A stretch of DNA of 64,000 nucleotides from Candidatus Eiseniibacteriota bacterium (GTDB taxonomy: Bacteria > Eisenbacteria > RBG-16-71-46 > CAVPCR01): NCBI GenBank assembly GCA_963702435.1, contig CAVPCR010000004.1, positions 192,001 through 256,000 on the forward strand, written 5' to 3'. This document shows positions 29,616 to 40,360 of the stretch, piece after piece (position 1 is the stretch's first letter; every line of letters begins with the position of its first letter). Below the pieces are notes generated by a model. The model made no database searches. It saw nothing but the letters and a program-made list of their open reading frames with translations, and was not told the origin of the DNA. The position numbers and the translations under genes were made by a program.

Positions 29616-31466
29616 ATGACCGATGAGGATCGCGAGCACGACGAGCCCGATAGGCACGACGAGCACGACGAGCCCGGCGACTCGGCCGAGGGCGTGGTCG
29701 TGCCCATCGAGGACGAGATCGACCTCCATGCCTACAACCCGCGCGACGTGAAGGAGGTCGTCGAGGAGTACCTCTACCAGTGCCGCCGCCGCGGCTTCCC
29801 CGAGGTGCGCGTGATCCAGGGCCGCGGGACCGGCACGCTCCGCGAGGTCGTGCGCGCGACCCTGCGGCGGAATCCGCACGTTCTCGCCTTCGACGACGCG
29901 CCCGCGGCGAGCGGCGGCTGGGGCGCCACCATCGTCACTCTCCGCTCGGGGCACCCCGATGCCGCACCGCCGCTCCCGGCGCGTCCGGCGCCGGCGGTAG
30001 CTGCGGCCCAGGGCGGCTCCGGCTCCGCGGGGCGGAGCGAGGCGCGCGGCTCGCTCACGCCGGCCGATCGCCGGCGCACGCGGCTCGTCCTCGGCCTCGG
30101 TCTTGCCGGTCTCGCCGTCGCGACCGTCCTCATGCTCCTCGGCATCGAGCCCTTCGCCAACACCTACTACTTCTTCGCCTGGTACGCGACCATCGCGATC
30201 GCCGATGCCTGGGCGCACCTCCGCCGCCCGCGCGAGCCCCTCCTCCTCGCCCGCCCCGGCATCTTCCTTCCGCTCCTCGCCTGGTCAGCGGTCTTCTGGC
30301 TCAGCTTCGAGCTGTGGAATCTCCGCCTCGAGAACTGGTACTACGTGAACGTCCTCGATCAGCGCTGGCTCCGGGTCGCCGGCACCATCGCGGCGTTCGC
30401 CACCGTCCTGCCCGGGCTCTTCCTCGTGACGCGGCTCCTCGGCACCTTCGGCGTCGGCGAGGGGGTGCGCACGCGACCGTTCCGCTTCCAGCCGGTGCAT
30501 CTCCATCTGATGCTCGGTCTCGGTGCGGTCTCGGCGCTCCTCGTCCTCGCCTGGCCGCAGGCCTTCTTTCCGCTGGTCTGGGGGGTCGCCTTCTTCCTCC
30601 TCGCCCCCGTGAATCATCGCGTGAGCCAGCGCGGTCTCCTGCGCGAGATCGAGGCGGGGCGATGGGGACTCGTGATCCGTCTCCTCCTCGGCGGCGCTCT
30701 CTGCGGATTCCTGTGGGAGTTCTTCAATATTCGCGCCGGCGCCAAGTGGATCTACACGGTGCCCGGGCTCGAGGATCTCAAGCTCTTCGAGATGCCGCTC
30801 CTCGGCTTCATCGGGTTCCCGCCGTTCGCGCTCGAGTGCTACGAGATGTATCGGGCGGTGATCGCGGCCGGGCTCGCTCCGGACTGGGAGAGCGCACCGC
30901 GCGCAGCGGCCGGCGGCGCAGCGGCGGCCGGCAACGCAGCCGGGACCGCGCCGGCCCGACCGGCTCCCGGCGCCCCGAGCTGGGTGCAGCCGCTCCTCGC
31001 CACGCTGGCCTGGCCGGTGCTCGCCGTCTTCTCCTTCGCGACGATCGGCCTCATGGAACGCTACACGGTGGACTCCACCATCCCGCGACCGGCCGATCTG
31101 ACGCTGGTCGCCGCCGATCCGGCTCTCGCCGGCCGGATCGCCGAGCTCGGGATCCGCGACGTGGCGCGCCTCGACAAGGTGCTGGCCGGCGCCGGCGCCG
31201 CCGCGCGCCTCGGCATCCCCCCCGAGAAGCACGACCTCCTCGCGGCGCAGGTGGATCTCGTCCTCCTCCGGGGGATCGGGACCGCCAACGCGGCGCGCCT
31301 CGCCGCGGTCGGAGTCAACAGCGTGGACGAGCTCGCGCGGACCGACGCCGCCGGCCTCGCGGGCTGGCTCGCGGCGGCCGATCCGACCTACGAGCCGCGC
31401 CTGGCGCGGCTCCGCGTGTGGATCCGGGGTGCACAGCGCGCGGTTGCCGCCGGGCGCGCGGAGTGA
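29616..31466 (+). CDS. Smr domain fused to a multi-TM domain and a C-terminal HhH (DUF4332-like) domain
   Basis: IDLH...VRVIQGRGTGTLR...GGWGATIV (Smr); about 8 TM with WEFFN..AKWIY, FEMPLLG; LRGIGTANAARLAAVGV. Confidence 0.75.
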   Translation: MTDEDREHDEPDRHDEHDEPGDSAEGVVVPIEDEIDLHAYNPRDVKEVVEEYLYQCRRRGFPEVRVIQGRGTGTLREVVRATLRRNPHVLAFDDAPAASGGWGATIVTLRSGHPDAAPPLPARPAPAVAAAQGGSGSAGRSEARGSLTPADRRRTRLVLGLGLAGLAVATVLMLLGIEPFANTYYFFAWYATIAIADAWAHLRRPREPLLLARPGIFLPLLAWSAVFWLSFELWNLRLENWYYVNVLDQRWLRVAGTIAAFATVLPGLFLVTRLLGTFGVGEGVRTRPFRFQPVHLHLMLGLGAVSALLVLAWPQAFFPLVWGVAFFLLAPVNHRVSQRGLLREIEAGRWGLVIRLLLGGALCGFLWEFFNIRAGAKWIYTVPGLEDLKLFEMPLLGFIGFPPFALECYEMYRAVIAAGLAPDWESAPRAAAGGAAAAGNAAGTAPARPAPGAPSWVQPLLATLAWPVLAVFSFATIGLMERYTVDSTIPRPADLTLVAADPALAGRIAELGIRDVARLDKVLAGAGAAARLGIPPEKHDLLAAQVDLVLLRGIGTANAARLAAVGVNSVDELARTDAAGLAGWLAAADPTYEPRLARLRVWIRGAQRAVAAGRAE

Positions 31467-31525
31467 GCGCCGTGTGAGCGCGGGTCGCGGGCCGGCGCCG
31501 GCCGGAAGGACGTGACCCAAGCGAA

Positions 31526-31560
31526 AGGGGCGGTGCCCGGTTCTCCCGGGCACCGCCCCT
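31526..31560 (-). terminator. Hairpin terminator between convergent genes
   Basis: aggggcggtgcccgg-ttctc-ccgggcaccgcccct perfect 15-bp stem. Confidence 0.7.
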
Positions 31561-31595
31561 GGCGTCTGGTCCGATCCGCTTCTTGCGAGCCGCGA

Positions 31596-33440
31596 TCAGC
31601 GCACGACCGCGACGCGCGTCGCCTCGCCGATCACGGTGCCGTCGACGCTCAGGCGCACGAAGTAGACGCCGGTCGGTGCGAGCTCGCCGGAGGCGACACG
31701 CCCGTCCCAGGTCAGCGCGTGCTGGCCGCGAGGACGCGACTCCGCCGCGACGAGATGGCGCACAAGGCGGCCGTCGGGGCTGTAGACCGCGATGTCGACC
31801 TCGCTCGGGGCCGCGAGCTCGTAGCGCAAGGTGGCCGGACCGATGGTGGGATTCGGGCTCACGCGGAGCCCTTCGAGGCGCGCCGGCGGCGGCGCCGGCT
31901 GCACGTAGACCGGCGAACCGACCTCCTCGATCCGATCCACGCTCACGTGCGCGGTGGCTGAGCGGTCCACGATCTCCAGGTAGACCCGCTGGCCGAAGAA
32001 GGGCGCGATGTCCCAGGTGCGCAGCGTCATCACCTCGCTGCCGGAGCCGGCCGCGGTGCGGCGCGTGATCCCGGTCGCCGAGTCGACGAGCGCCACGTAG
32101 CACTGCCCCGACACCGGGCCGCCGACCCAGAGCCGCATGTCGGCGCCGCGCGAGGTGAACGGTCGCGAGCGGAGGACTCCCGTATAGGCTTCGTTGGGAC
32201 CGCAAGTGTGACAGCCCTGGTCGTAGGGCCCGTTGTCGTTCTCGGCGGTGTTCACCCAGAAGAGCCCGTCCATGTTGGAGGCGGGGCCGCCGCGGAGCTG
32301 CGGCCGGTCGCGGAAGGTGGGCAGGGCACCGAACGCCCCCTCGACCACCGACCAGTTCAGGTAGAACTGGTTGAAGGGAAGGAACTGCGGGCCGCCGGGC
32401 GTCCAGGTCAGGCTGTCGAGGATCACCGCATAGGTCTCGAGGCCGTTCTGCGTGTCGAAGTCGACGGCGCGGCTGTAGAGGTACTCGGTGCCGATCGGGC
32501 TGATCTCGCTCGAGATGGCGGTGGGATCGAAGACCGAGGCGTTGGCCAGGTTGTAGCTGTCCATCTGGGTCGAGGCGACCACGTGCACGCCGCCGGGAGC
32601 GATCGTTCGCGTGTAGAAGAGGGACCACAATCCGCTCACGGGGTTGCGGAACATGTGGCTCGATGCCAGCAGGCTCGAGTGATCGTTGATCAGGATCGGG
32701 CGGCCGAGGTCGGTCCAGTTGAGCCCGTCGGACGACGTCGCCATGGCGATCGCGCCGCGGGTGTCGAGGCCCTGGTAGCCGACGCGAGTGCTGGCGCTCG
32801 CCAGCATCACGAACTGGTTCCCGTTCTTGAAAATGAACGGGTCGCGGCAGTTCTGCCAGGTGGAGCTGGGATTCCACGCCGCCCACTGGGTGTCCGGGCG
32901 ATAGGCGCCGTCGGTGATCGAGAGGTCGGTCCAGGCGAAGAGGTCGTTCGAGACCGCGAGTCCGATCTGCTGGTTGCGGGACGAATCCACGCCCGTGTAT
33001 GCCATCAGGTACTGCCAGGTCTGCGAGTTGGCCACGATCGTGGTCGCCAGGACCTGCGGCGCCCAGACGTTCCGCGCTTTCCACTGATTGGGCGGATCGA
33101 TGGGCAGGATGCGCGGCTGGATGGTCCAGTGCAGGAGATCGGTGGACGTGGCGTGGCCGATGTCGATCTCGTTCCCGGGGGAGTTCCATCCCTGGCCGGC
33201 CAGACCGACGGAATAGAAGACGTGATAGACGCCGTCGGTGTGCCGGACCAGCGAGTGGTCCTTGGCGTAGAGGTCGGGCGCCTCGGCGAAGACGCGCATT
33301 TCGAAGTCTTCCTTGAACGCGGCGGCCGCCGGGCGTGGCAGCCCGATCACGACGCCGAGGGCGCAGAGGGGGAGTAGAGCGGCCAGTGTCCGTCCGAGGT
33401 ATGGAAGACCTACAGTGCGAGCGGGACGCGCGTGGCGCAT
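31596..33440 (-). CDS. Secreted five-bladed beta-propeller glycoside hydrolase (GH32/GH43 clan-like) with FlgD-Ig C-terminus
   Basis: YHVFY, GHATSTDLLHW, WAPQV, CRDPFIF; C-terminal PNP...WDGR...GVYFVRL. Confidence 0.72.
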   Translation of the reverse strand: MRHARPARTVGLPYLGRTLAALLPLCALGVVIGLPRPAAAAFKEDFEMRVFAEAPDLYAKDHSLVRHTDGVYHVFYSVGLAGQGWNSPGNEIDIGHATSTDLLHWTIQPRILPIDPPNQWKARNVWAPQVLATTIVANSQTWQYLMAYTGVDSSRNQQIGLAVSNDLFAWTDLSITDGAYRPDTQWAAWNPSSTWQNCRDPFIFKNGNQFVMLASASTRVGYQGLDTRGAIAMATSSDGLNWTDLGRPILINDHSSLLASSHMFRNPVSGLWSLFYTRTIAPGGVHVVASTQMDSYNLANASVFDPTAISSEISPIGTEYLYSRAVDFDTQNGLETYAVILDSLTWTPGGPQFLPFNQFYLNWSVVEGAFGALPTFRDRPQLRGGPASNMDGLFWVNTAENDNGPYDQGCHTCGPNEAYTGVLRSRPFTSRGADMRLWVGGPVSGQCYVALVDSATGITRRTAAGSGSEVMTLRTWDIAPFFGQRVYLEIVDRSATAHVSVDRIEEVGSPVYVQPAPPPARLEGLRVSPNPTIGPATLRYELAAPSEVDIAVYSPDGRLVRHLVAAESRPRGQHALTWDGRVASGELAPTGVYFVRLSVDGTVIGEATRVAVVR

Positions 33441-33871
33441 GGATTTGCTTCCCCTAGAGTGTTACCTCCCCGGGTACCGGGGAGTGCTGTGGCGGCCGGC
33501 GCTCTGACAGGTGGGGGGTCGAGCGCTGAAGTTTTCGATCTTGCTTCTGTTTGCCTGGGACCGGGGCCCGGTGCGGGCGGTCTGGCCTCGCGCCGGCGGT
33601 CGCTGATCGGGGTTCGGTATGGTCTTCACGGGAGGGACCGGCGCCGCAGAGCGCCCCCGTTGGTGAATACAAGTCTAGGGGAGGGGGCCGACCACGTCAA
33701 GACGGGCCGGGGGAAGCCGGGCGCAAAGGGTCAACTGGCGCAGGCCGAATGGCTCGATCTGCACCAGCCGGGGGCCCGCGGCGCCGTCTCCCGTCACCCG
33801 GCCGGCACCGTCCGTTGGGGAATTCAACACGCCGGCGGTGGCCCAGTCGACGGCCGACCCCGGACCCGGCG

Positions 33872-35077
33872 CTAGGCCGGCAGCCGGCCGGAGCCGCCGG
33901 GGTGCCAGAGCGGGCAGGGCGGGACCTCGGCGCCCGGGCTCGCCGCCTTCCCGCCGGCCATGAGGCAATCGGAAGGGTCGCAGCAGGTCAGGCAGACCCG
34001 CTTCATGGCCCCGAAGCCGCGGAGCTCGACCTCCGGAGAGAGGAACCCCGCGCGCACCGGCTCCGCGCCGAGGAGATCGGTGCTCAGGTACTTCTTGTTG
34101 TCATCGGGGAAGACCGTGACCACGACCGAGTCCGCTCCGAGCTCCTCCGCGAGCGCGAGCGCGCCGAGAAAGTTCGCCCCCGACGAGATGCCGACGCCGA
34201 TCCCGAGCTCGCCGGCGAGCTTCTGCGCCATGAGGATCGCGTCGCCGTCATCCACGTCGATCACCGCGTCGAGAAATTCGAGATCCACGATCGGCGGGAT
34301 GAACTCGTCGGACACGCCCTGGATGCGGTGTTTCCCGACCTTGCAGCCGGTCGAGAGGGTCGGCGAGTTCGCGGGTTCGAGCGGATGCACGCGCACCGCC
34401 GGCTTCATGCGGCGGAGGAAGTGCCCGACGCCCATCACCGTGCCGCCGGTGCCGACGCCCGCGATGAAGGCGTCGGGCTCGAGCCCGTGGTAGCGGAGCT
34501 GCCACCAGATCTCGGGGCCGGTGGTCTCCGCGTGCGCGGCTACATTGTCCGCGTTCGAGAACTGGCGAGGCAGGAACACGCGGGGCGTCGAGGCGGCGAA
34601 GGTCTCGGCGAGCTCGATGGCGCCGAGGAAGCCGCCCTCGTCGCGGCTCACGAGCCGGATCTCGGCGCCGAGGCTCTTGATCAGGTCCATCCGCTCGCGG
34701 CTCATCCAGTCGGGCATGAAGATCCTGACCCGGTGGCCCATGGCCCGGCCGATCGCGGCGATCGAGATGCCGGTGTTGCCGCTCGTCGCCTCGGCGATCG
34801 TGTCGCCCGGGGCGAGGAGGGCGCGCTCGTAGGCCCCGGTGATGATGTGGAGCGCCATCCGGTCCTTGATGCTCCCGGTCAGGTTCAGGTTCTCGGCCTT
34901 GGCGTAGATCGTGCGCTTCCTTCCGCGGAAGAAGCAGTCGATGGCGAGGACAGCGGTGTTGCCGACCATGTGCCGGAGACCGCGGATCCGGTGCTGGATC
35001 TCCGGATCGGCGCTCGGCGCCGCGCGTGGCGTGAGGGGCGTCGTGAGCGGATGGATCTCGCTGTCGGTCATGGCCAT
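33872..35077 (-). CDS. PLP-dependent cysteine synthase family protein
   Basis: [37 protein letters not shown]; Cys-rich tail [10 protein letters not shown]. Confidence 0.88.
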   Translation of the reverse strand: MAMTDSEIHPLTTPLTPRAAPSADPEIQHRIRGLRHMVGNTAVLAIDCFFRGRKRTIYAKAENLNLTGSIKDRMALHIITGAYERALLAPGDTIAEATSGNTGISIAAIGRAMGHRVRIFMPDWMSRERMDLIKSLGAEIRLVSRDEGGFLGAIELAETFAASTPRVFLPRQFSNADNVAAHAETTGPEIWWQLRYHGLEPDAFIAGVGTGGTVMGVGHFLRRMKPAVRVHPLEPANSPTLSTGCKVGKHRIQGVSDEFIPPIVDLEFLDAVIDVDDGDAILMAQKLAGELGIGVGISSGANFLGALALAEELGADSVVVTVFPDDNKKYLSTDLLGAEPVRAGFLSPEVELRGFGAMKRVCLTCCDPSDCLMAGGKAASPGAEVPPCPLWHPGGSGRLPA

Positions 35078-35099
35078 GAGGATACCACCGGGCGCGTCT

Positions 35100-35753
35100 T
35101 CATACGAAGAGGTCGCGGAGCTCGCCGAAGCCGTGGATCAGGTGATCGGGGCGGGCGGCGGCGAGTGTCGCGGCGCTCGTGAAGCCATAGGTCACGGCGC
35201 AGGTGCGCACGCCGGCCCGGCGGCCGGCCTCGATGTCGGTCACGCCGTCGCCGACGAGGACGGCGCGCGCGGGCAGGACTGCGAGTCGCTCGAGAGCGAG
35301 GAGGACCGGGCCGGGGTCGGGCTTGAGCGGCGCGCCGGGGGGGAGCGAGCCGCCGCCGATCACGACGCCGATCAGGTCGCCGAGGCCGATCCCCGCGATG
35401 ATCTGCGCGGAGAAGTCCGCGGGCTTGTTCGAGACGACGGCGAGGCGCTTGGCGCGGAAGAGATCGAGTGTCGCGCGCACGTCCGGATAGAGCGTCGTCG
35501 CGTCGAGGCAGTGGGCGCTGTAGTGGGCGCGGAAGGCAGCGGTTCCGGCGGCGAGGAGGGTCGGGTCCTCGCTCTCGAACGAGCGGGCCATGAGCTTCGT
35601 CACCCCGTCCCCGATGTAGGTCGTGATGAGCGCCGGCGGCTTGACGGGGCGGCCGAGCGCCGTGAGCGCCGCGTTCACCGCCGCCGCGAGATCGAGGCGC
35701 GAGTCGATGAGCGTGCCGTCGAGATCGAAGAGGAGGGCGTTGACTGCGATCAC
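35100..35753 (-). CDS. HAD hydrolase (phosphoglycolate phosphatase-like)
   Basis: [25 protein letters not shown]. Confidence 0.88.
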   Translation of the reverse strand: MIAVNALLFDLDGTLIDSRLDLAAAVNAALTALGRPVKPPALITTYIGDGVTKLMARSFESEDPTLLAAGTAAFRAHYSAHCLDATTLYPDVRATLDLFRAKRLAVVSNKPADFSAQIIAGIGLGDLIGVVIGGGSLPPGAPLKPDPGPVLLALERLAVLPARAVLVGDGVTDIEAGRRAGVRTCAVTYGFTSAATLAAARPDHLIHGFGELRDLFV

Positions 35754-35878
35754 GCACGGAGGCTAGCGGCCGCGGCTGCGCGGGTCAACGCGCCGTCTTC
35801 CGCCGCGCCGCCTCGCCCCGCACTGCCTCCCGCCGCGCCGCCTTGTCACGCTCCCCCTGTCGCGGGTACGGTCGGGCC

Positions 35879-36901
35879 ATGACCGCGCGCGATGAGCGAT
35901 TCAGGGCGGGGCTCCTCCTCGGCGGACTCGTGATCGCACTGTGGGCGCACGCGGCAGTGCTGGGCGCCGGCGGCGCCGGGATCGCAGCCGCACCGGGCGG
36001 GACGGGATTGGGCCCCGAGGGGACGGCACTCGGCCCGGGTGCGGCGGCGTTCGCGGTCGGTGCCGGCGCGGGGGCGCTCGCCCTCCTTGGCCTCGCCTGC
36101 TTCGCGGCCGGGATCGACGGGTTCCGTGCGGCCGCCCTCGTCCCGGCGCTCCTCGCCGCGGCCTCGCCCGCCGTCGCGGCGAGCCTCGCCGCCGGCGGTC
36201 GTGCGCCGCTGGTCGCCGCGCTCTACGTGGCGGGCGCCTATCGCGCATTCGCCGAGACGCACGTGGCGGGGCGCCTGCCCGTCTCGGCGCTCCTCTTCGG
36301 GGCGGGTGCGGCGCTGGCGCCGGCAGGCCCGGCCGTGCTGGTCCTCGTTCTCATGCAGAAATTGGCATTCGCACGCAGATTTCAACTGGGGCGCGCCAGC
36401 TATGTCTTCGCCGGCGCCTGGATCGTGGTCGCGCTCGCCGCCTGGATTCTGCTGCGCGTCGCGATCGGCGGCGCTCCGGCCCCGCTTCCCGGTGCCCCGC
36501 TTCCCGGTACCCTGCCGGCCGGCGGCCTGCCGGCCGGTCCGGGACCGGTCCTCCTTCGCTTCTGGCACGAGGTGGACGGGCTCGCCCTCCTGCCCTTCCT
36601 GCTCTTCCTGCTCGCAGGATGGAAGTCGAAGGCGGTGATCTTCCGATTGTCGCTCGCCGGATCGGTGCTTGCCGCGGCGCTCGCCGACGCCGCTCTCGCG
36701 CCCGCCGCCGCGCTCCCGCGGTCGCTCGCGCCGGCGCTCCTCTTCGCCTTCCTCGTCGCGGCCGAGGCGCTCGCCGCCGCGGGCGCCGCCGTCGAGGCCG
36801 GCGGGCTCCGCGGCCGCGCCCGCACGGCGCTGTTCGCCGCGACGCTCGGCGCGCTCGCGCTCGGTCAGCTCTGGCCGACGCTCGGCACGCTCGCGCGCTG
36901 A
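35879..36901 (+). CDS. Hypothetical polytopic membrane protein
   Basis: Highly hydrophobic Ala/Leu-rich ORF. Confidence 0.5.
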   Translation: MTARDERFRAGLLLGGLVIALWAHAAVLGAGGAGIAAAPGGTGLGPEGTALGPGAAAFAVGAGAGALALLGLACFAAGIDGFRAAALVPALLAAASPAVAASLAAGGRAPLVAALYVAGAYRAFAETHVAGRLPVSALLFGAGAALAPAGPAVLVLVLMQKLAFARRFQLGRASYVFAGAWIVVALAAWILLRVAIGGAPAPLPGAPLPGTLPAGGLPAGPGPVLLRFWHEVDGLALLPFLLFLLAGWKSKAVIFRLSLAGSVLAAALADAALAPAAALPRSLAPALLFAFLVAAEALAAAGAAVEAGGLRGRARTALFAATLGALALGQLWPTLGTLAR

Positions 36902-36911
36902 CCGCGCGCGG

Positions 36912-37871
36912 TCACCAGTAGGTGCGGCGCGTGTGCGTGCGCAGGAGGAGCGCTCGCCCGTCCGTTGCCGAGAGGCGGACGAGGAGGTTCGGGTAGGCGG
37001 CCGCGAACCAGAGCTCGGCGTCGGGTCCGGCGGGCCGATCGACCGCCACGCGCCACGTGTCGAGCGTGTCGCCGGCCGCCGTCGCGACCGGCTCGCGCCC
37101 GAGCACGCGCACGTCGGCGGTCTGCACCGCCGGGGGCTTCGCGAGCGGGCGGAGGACGAGCGGATCGAGGAGATCGAGCCGCCACGAGGCGCCGGCGGCG
37201 AAGGGCAGCGAGCGGAGGCTCACCGGGAGCTGCTCGTCGAGGAGGCCGGCACCGAGCCCCAGGCTCCACTCCCCGTCGCCCTGGCCGTCGAAGTACGAGT
37301 GGTAATGGAGCCGCGGCCCGGGCGCCCACCCCATGTACTCGAGGAAGGTGTTGCCGCACCACTCGTGCATCCCGACAGTCATCTTGTGGGCGCGATCGAC
37401 CCGATCGCGGCGCACGAAGACGGTCGTGAGCAGGTGATAGTCGTAATTCTCGGTCGGCATCACCTCGGCCACGTTCAGCTTGAGGACGGGGAGGATCTCC
37501 CTGCCTTCGTACGGCGGGTCGGCCTTCACGTGCAAGGCGGCGTCCATGTCCTCCTTGACCGTGATGAGATGGGCCGTGTAGAGGCGCTCCTTGCCGTAAC
37601 GTTCGCGCCGCGCATCGTAGGTGGCGACCTCGGCCAGCCCGTCGTCCCACATGGGGTCGGCGGCCCAGGTCGTCACCTCCGCCCACGCGGGCGGGGCGGC
37701 GGCGCCGGGGCTCTCATCGGCGCCGGGGCTCTCATCGGCGCGCCGGCCGCAACCGAACGGGCCCGTCAGCACGGCGGCCGCCGCGACGCAGAGAAGGCCG
37801 GCCGCCAGGCGTGTGCTAACGTGGACCTTTGCATCTCGCGCCCGGCGCGCATCTCCGCGAGCAGCGTTCAT
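36912..37871 (-). CDS. Hypothetical exported protein/lipoprotein (start uncertain)
   Basis: WDDGLAEVATY, EWCGNTF, HSYFDG, terminal YW. Confidence 0.6.
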   Translation of the reverse strand: MNAARGDARRARDAKVHVSTRLAAGLLCVAAAAVLTGPFGCGRRADESPGADESPGAAAPPAWAEVTTWAADPMWDDGLAEVATYDARRERYGKERLYTAHLITVKEDMDAALHVKADPPYEGREILPVLKLNVAEVMPTENYDYHLLTTVFVRRDRVDRAHKMTVGMHEWCGNTFLEYMGWAPGPRLHYHSYFDGQGDGEWSLGLGAGLLDEQLPVSLRSLPFAAGASWRLDLLDPLVLRPLAKPPAVQTADVRVLGREPVATAAGDTLDTWRVAVDRPAGPDAELWFAAAYPNLLVRLSATDGRALLLRTHTRRTYW

Positions 37872-38574
37872 GATCGAAGACCATATCATCATCGACGGCT
37901 ACAACGTCATCTTCCGCGATCAGGTGCTGCGCGACCTCGGGCGCAACGACCTCGAACGCGCGCGCGGCGAGCTCCTCCGCCGGCTGGCCGAGGCCTTTCC
38001 CGGGCATGCGCCGCTTCTCATCGTCGTCTTCGACGGCGCGCGCGGAGCGGAGCCGGCCGGCGTGCGGGCGCGTATCGGCCGCGTCCGCATTGTCTTCTCG
38101 CGGCCGCCGGAGAGCGCCGACGAACGCATCCATCGCCTGATCGAGGAAGCCCGACGCGTGTCCTCGGGGCGGCGCCAGCTCGAGTTCCGGGTGGTGAGCT
38201 CGGACCGCGAGGTGGCGGGCCGCGCGCGGTTGTGGGGAGCGCGGTCCGTGGGGATCGAGGAGTTCCTCCGCGACGTCGAGGAACGGCGCCGCGTGGCGGC
38301 ACAGAGCCGGGCTGCGGCCGAGAGCCGCGCCCTGGCCCGGCTCGCGGATCCGCGCCCCGAGCCGCGGCGAGAGCGTCCGGATCGCGGCGAGAGCGGGGAC
38401 CGCCGCGAGCGCGGCGATCGCCCACCCGGCGACACGGCAGGCGGGGTCGCCGACGAGCGCAAGCCGGAGCTCCATGCTCCCGGCGAGATCGATGCGTGGG
38501 AGAAGCTCTTCCGGATGGGCCGGAAGCGTGCGGCGGATGACGGCAAGGACGACGAGGATGACGGTCCGCCCTAG
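37870..38574 (+). CDS. NYN/YacP-like PIN-fold ribonuclease
   Basis: IIDGYNV, VVFDG, ESADERI, VVSSDRE. Confidence 0.85.
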   Translation: MIEDHIIIDGYNVIFRDQVLRDLGRNDLERARGELLRRLAEAFPGHAPLLIVVFDGARGAEPAGVRARIGRVRIVFSRPPESADERIHRLIEEARRVSSGRRQLEFRVVSSDREVAGRARLWGARSVGIEEFLRDVEERRRVAAQSRAAAESRALARLADPRPEPRRERPDRGESGDRRERGDRPPGDTAGGVADERKPELHAPGEIDAWEKLFRMGRKRAADDGKDDEDDGPP

Positions 38575-38952
38575 CTACTCGTCGTCGTCCTCAGGGTCAG
38601 CGGGCTTTTTGAAGAGGGCTTCCAGCTTGGCGCGCGCTTCGCTCGCGCGGGCGTCGCTCGTGCGGGCATCGGGAGGCGCCTGCCCGGTCCGACTGCGGGA
38701 TTCGCTGCGGCCGGCGTCCCGGCGGCCCGCCGCCGGACCGCCCACCAGCTCGAAGAACTCGCAGAAATTGGCCTTCTGGCGATCCTGCACGAACTCGGCC
38801 TCGGGCTCGAGGCACTGGTTGTGCAGGGTGGGCTCGTGGAAGCGGCACTGGACGCAGGCGTGGAGGTAGGCTTCGCAGCGCGGGCAGCGCGTGTTCCGCA
38901 TGACGCGGAAGTCGGCCGCCAGCTCGGCATCGCAGAAGACGCAGTAGGGCAT
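38575..38952 (-). CDS. Cys-rich (Zn-binding) hypothetical protein
   Basis: CxxC...CxxC...CxxC...C...NFCEFF, ends LEALFKK. Confidence 0.65.
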   Translation of the reverse strand: MPYCVFCDAELAADFRVMRNTRCPRCEAYLHACVQCRFHEPTLHNQCLEPEAEFVQDRQKANFCEFFELVGGPAAGRRDAGRSESRSRTGQAPPDARTSDARASEARAKLEALFKKPADPEDDDE

Positions 38953-39199
38953 CGTCCTCTCCCTCCGAGCGGCCATCCCCCAGCCTGGGTGCGCCCGCCA
39001 GGTGCCGGAGATGCACGCGGGCACACCACTCCACCACACCGAGGATCGCAGCCGGCGCGCCGCCTGTCAAATCCCCGGCCTCCCGGCCGGCCGGGGCGGA
39101 TCCGACCGGGGTCGCACGGCCCCCGGAAATGGTTTAGCCTCCGGCGCAGGATCGCGTTCCGGCGGTCCGGTCATCGCCGTTCCGGATCAGCTCCATCCC

Positions 39200-40327
39200 A
39201 TGACCGACCAAGAGCTCACACTCGAGACCCGTGCTGAGGGCGACGCCCTGGTGGTCGAGCTCGGTGGATCGCTCGACACCCGGACCTCGCCCACCCTCTC
39301 CCGCGAGCTCGCGACACTCGCCGGGGATGGCGCGCGCGGGCGCCGCCTCATCCTCGATCTCGCCGGGCTCTCCTACGTCGACTCGGCCGGGGTCGCCGTC
39401 ATCCTCGACGCCCGCGATCGCCTGGCGCGCGAAGGGACGGAGCTCCATCTGCGCCGCGCCTCCGAGCGCGTGCGCAAGGTGTTCGCGCTCGCCCTGGCCC
39501 GGGCCGACGAGCTCGTGCCCGAAGCGCCGGCCCAGTTCTGGGATCCGGTCGGGGCCGCCGGCGAGGCCGCGTTGCGCCTCAAGGAACAGGGCCGAGACAC
39601 GGCTGTTCAGGTCGGCGAGGTGGCCCACGCGCTCCTCGTGGCGCCGTTCCGGGGTCATCCGATCCGCTTCGCCGACTCCGTGCAGCAACTCCTTCTCATC
39701 GGCGTCAATGCGGTGCCGATCGTGAGCCTGATCGCGCTCCTCATGGGCCTCATCCTCGGCATGCAGTCGGCGCACCAGCTCCGCCAGTTCGGCGCGACGC
39801 TCTTCATCGCCGACCTGGTCGGGGTCGCCACGACGCGCGAGCTCGGCCCGCTCATCACCGCCATCGTCGTCGCCGGGCGCTCCGGCTCGGCGATCGCGGC
39901 CGAGATCGGCACCATGGTCGTCACCGAGGAGATCGATGCGCTGCGCACCATGGGCCTCCAGCCGACCCGCTATCTCTTCGTGCCGCGGATCCTCGCCACG
40001 ACCCTCGCCGTGCCGCTTCTCGCGGTGATCGCCAACACCATCGCGATCCTCGGCGGATTGATGATCGGGGTCGTCCATCTCGGGATCGGCGCCCAGACCT
40101 ACTTCGATCGCACCGTGCAGGCCCTGGTCATGGACGACGTGGTGACCGGGCTCGCCAAGGCCACGGTGTTCGGCCTCATCATCGGGAACGTCGGCGTGTT
40201 CGAGGGCTACCACGTCCGCGGCGGCGCCGAAGGGGTCGGCCGCGCCACGACGCAGTCGGTGGTGAGCGCGATCTTCCTCATCATCGTCGCCGACGCGGTG
40301 TTCACGGCCATCTTCTACTTCGTGTGA
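39200..40327 (+). CDS. mlaE: STAS-fused MlaE family ABC permease
   Basis: LSYVDSAG (STAS); RELGPLITAIVVAGRSGSAIAAEIG; GVGRATT. Confidence 0.9.
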   Translation: MTDQELTLETRAEGDALVVELGGSLDTRTSPTLSRELATLAGDGARGRRLILDLAGLSYVDSAGVAVILDARDRLAREGTELHLRRASERVRKVFALALARADELVPEAPAQFWDPVGAAGEAALRLKEQGRDTAVQVGEVAHALLVAPFRGHPIRFADSVQQLLLIGVNAVPIVSLIALLMGLILGMQSAHQLRQFGATLFIADLVGVATTRELGPLITAIVVAGRSGSAIAAEIGTMVVTEEIDALRTMGLQPTRYLFVPRILATTLAVPLLAVIANTIAILGGLMIGVVHLGIGAQTYFDRTVQALVMDDVVTGLAKATVFGLIIGNVGVFEGYHVRGGAEGVGRATTQSVVSAIFLIIVADAVFTAIFYFV

Positions 40328-40360
40328 GCGCATGAGCGCGGGAGCGGGGACCAGGACGCA

